A stretch of 64,000 bases of DNA, from the NCBI GenBank assembly GCA_964016885.1, contig OZ024747.1, positions 76,694,001 to 76,758,000 on the forward strand, written 5' to 3'. The first letter of the stretch is position 1. The number at the start of each line of letters is the position of its first letter. Under the pieces are notes generated by a model. It saw only the letters and a program-made list of their open reading frames with translations. It did not search any database and was not told where the DNA came from. The translations under genes were made by a program, and so were the position numbers. Below, one piece after another: positions 60,980 to 64,000 of this stretch. The stretch is from Eledone cirrhosa (taxonomy: Eukaryota).

Positions 60980-61580
60980 GTAGATTTGACTGCTATTGTT
61001 TAACCCCAGTCCAGCTGTGATTAAACAGACCTCGGATCAGAAGCATTCTAACCGTGACTATTCTATGCGTTCAGGCTGTTTAATGTGTTTTTTCCTTTTT
61101 TAAGGTGGCAGTGTAGGATTGGAAGAAAATTTGGTTGCTATTTATTGCAGGTTGAGAAACATTGCAAAGGCTTCGTCGTTGTCTTTTTTTAAAATTTGTT
61201 CTGGCCTGTATCGTGGGTTATGTGGTTGCAGTGATAGATCCGTATTTACTGAACATAAAGTGGCTATCTTATGGTCTTCAGTCAAATTGCACGGTTCCTA
61301 CGAGTCTGCTCTTTACCGAGTGAAAATATTAGAATACTCAGAGCAAGCGCTGCTGGTTTGAATACACAAAGATTTGCCTGTTATTTTTAGCAGGACGGGA
61401 GACCATGTTGAGGCTTTCTCGCTATCTCAAGTTCTTGGTATATTTCGGTAAATGATTCATATTTTCCCTGTCATGTTGGTACCTAATCTGTCTAGACATT
61501 AGTTTGCATTGCAAAGGAAAGGATTTGCCTGCTATTTCTAGCATGTTGAGAGATCATGTTGAGGTTCTCTTGTTAGCTAA
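60980..61580 (+). repeat. Several degenerate copies of an unclassified interspersed repeat
   Basis: GATTTG.CTGCTATTTCTAGCA motif recurs here and near 47418, and inverted near 15695 and 16650. Confidence 0.45.
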
Positions 61581-61980
61581 AATTCTTGATATGTTTCATA
61601 CTTTCCCTATCATGTTTGTCCTTAATCTGTATAGACATTACTTTGAGTTGCGTTCTGAAATCAATTACCCTTACCTATTATGCAGATATCATCACGTGTC
61701 AACTATCTAAAATATTTTGGCTTTTTCTTAATAAAGAAGTGTTGCTGTTTTACCATATAGATACTTTGGTTTTTAATATTTCATCAATATGTAAGACTAT
61801 TCTTTCAAGCTTCTGTCTGAACTGAACATAGTTGGAATTAATAAAGTCAATATTGATATTAGTTTAGGTTGATATACAAACAATCAAAAAGATCACATTA
61901 ATAATCTAGAGAAAAAAAGACGATATTAGACATGAGTCGTTGATTGAGATCAATGAACTCGATTATATTTTAGAAAGTGA

Positions 61981-62056
<76 letters not shown>

Positions 62057-62605
62057 TACACACACACTCTCTCTCTCTCTCACACACATACACACACTCT
62101 CTCTCTCTCTCGTCCGCACGCCTAGTGGTTAAGTTATACACAAAGTGGTGCGGTGTCATTCATGTCTTTCTTAATGTTATTGCTCCTACTTAAGGTCGAC
62201 TTCTAAATCATTTGGGTGTTCCATAAACTACATCCTCGTTTTGTTTCATATCTATCTAGACTATATTTTAACCTGTAATCTATGTTTCATTTCTGTTGCA
62301 CCTCATTTCTCTAACCCCCCCCCCCCCCCTATATCTCTCGTCCGCAAGCCTTGTGGTTAGGTTATATATACACATATCTTAGTGGAAGCTTTGGATTATT
62401 TACTGGGACAAACACCTTTTGAAAAGTTGATTTAAGCGAAACCGATCATGTACGGAAATACAAAAACTATATATAGTTATATCTATCTACATGTATATAG
62501 TTATATCTGTATAAATACAGAGTATGTAACTGAGACTGCAACAATGTATATCTAAATATATGCTTTTTAATGTGTAAACATGCCAGACTATAATATAATG
62601 TAATA

Positions 62606-62792
62606 TAATTGTTTCTATTTTTGGCACAAGGCCAGCAATTATCCCAGTGCATTACTGGTACTTTATTTTATCGACCCCGTAAGGATGAAAGGCAAAGTTA
62701 ACCTCGGCGGCAGGATTTGAACTCAGACCGCAAAGGGCCGTAACTCTATGCTCCAATGCATGCCATCCGACCCTCTACCGATACTGCCAATC
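62606..62792 (-). mobile_element. SINE family 1 (short subtype)
   Basis: Matches the other copies; lacks a few 5' bases. Confidence 0.9.
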
Positions 62793-63250
62793 GAGGTGTG
62801 CGTCTGTGTGTGCACTACCATGTTATATTCGATGGTGTGTGACGAGTGTAGTATATATTTTTTCCACGTCACTGACCTGCATTACATGTTATATTTCTAA
62901 ATAATTTTTTATGTATTTTCAATAAACTATCACCATAGTCCGTTGCTTTATATCTTTTTTCCGTGCCTCGTTCTATTAACTACGCCTCACCACACTTATT
63001 ATATCGCTGCAAAACATCAGATGATCACGAATTTTCTGTCTTTGTTTTTTTCTTATTGTGTTTTGTCACATATTTACCTTGTTTCTGTGGTTAATAAATT
63101 CTCGTTTTAATCACGTAGTACAAGTTTTGATCAGCCCAGGCGCCATTTTCAGCATGTATGTGTCAACGACTGTAATTTCCAGCATATCGGAATATTCTGG
63201 GTGAAGTATTTGGATAGATGGTAACCAGGACGATACACCGTCGGATATAT

Positions 63251-63307
<57 letters not shown>

Positions 63308-63316
63308 AGAACGAGG

Positions 63317-63442
<126 letters not shown>

Positions 63443-64000
63443 TATATGAGTGTGTGGGTATGTGTATGTAGATGTTTGTGTATGTATGTAAATATATAAA
63501 TATGTATGTGCATGGGACGTGGAAATACTCGGTTTCTTGCCCAACATGGCAGTTAGCTCACCGAGAGTGAGACCCCTACGTCTTGTTAGGACAACATTCT
63601 AGTTGAACGAACACTCTGATGTAAATCCTCTGACACGATGGCAGCCAATGATGTTTACCTGTTCTTTATTTAGGATACCTGTTACATTTGTTCAGAGAGT
63701 GGAAGTTGTCCAGTGTAAAATATCTTCAAGCACAGGCGTCACTTGATCTAAATGACTTTCACGTGTATAACGTGAACATGGTCTTTCCTTTTTTCTGTCG
63801 CTGCAGCATGATGACAAGTATGATATTATAAATGTTCGGTGGGATTTGGCTGGGTTATATAAGGGACAAGGAGATGTGAGGAGATTCATGAATAGAATTT
63901 TGGTCACAACGATGGCGATAATTATGAGAACGGTTTATAAATACATATATGTGTGTATGTATAGATTCATACACACCCATTTATATATATATATATATAT

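Noticed and set aside
63692-63907. Possible L2/CR1 C-terminal remnant (DQVTPVLEDILHW)
   Set aside because: Single short motif; the flanks do not extend it convincingly.

Overview
AT-rich, microsatellite-saturated eukaryotic non-coding DNA. It is most likely from an octopus/cephalopod genome, an inference from the SINE families and the extreme (TA)n/(GA)n/(CA)n density. I find no supportable host protein-coding gene: almost all listed ORFs are translations of simple repeats. The real content is as follows. (1) About 15 copies of a tRNA-headed SINE plus several CORE-type SINEs. (2) A decayed Chapaev3-type (CMC) DNA transposon at 20856-22563. (3) An RTE LINE 3' remnant. (4) Penelope-like element (PLE) remnants: a GIY-YIG endonuclease end at 35770-36290 and a Naiad-like RT fragment at 48355-48783. 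(5) Several minisatellites. The most striking feature is a population of short non-coding modules lodged inside (TA)n tracts. Many carry type I hammerhead ribozyme (HHR) motifs, from at least 4-5 distinct sequence families. Several end in long fold-back palindromes whose turning point lies in the ribozyme stem II. All RNA structures were paired by eye and no searches were run.
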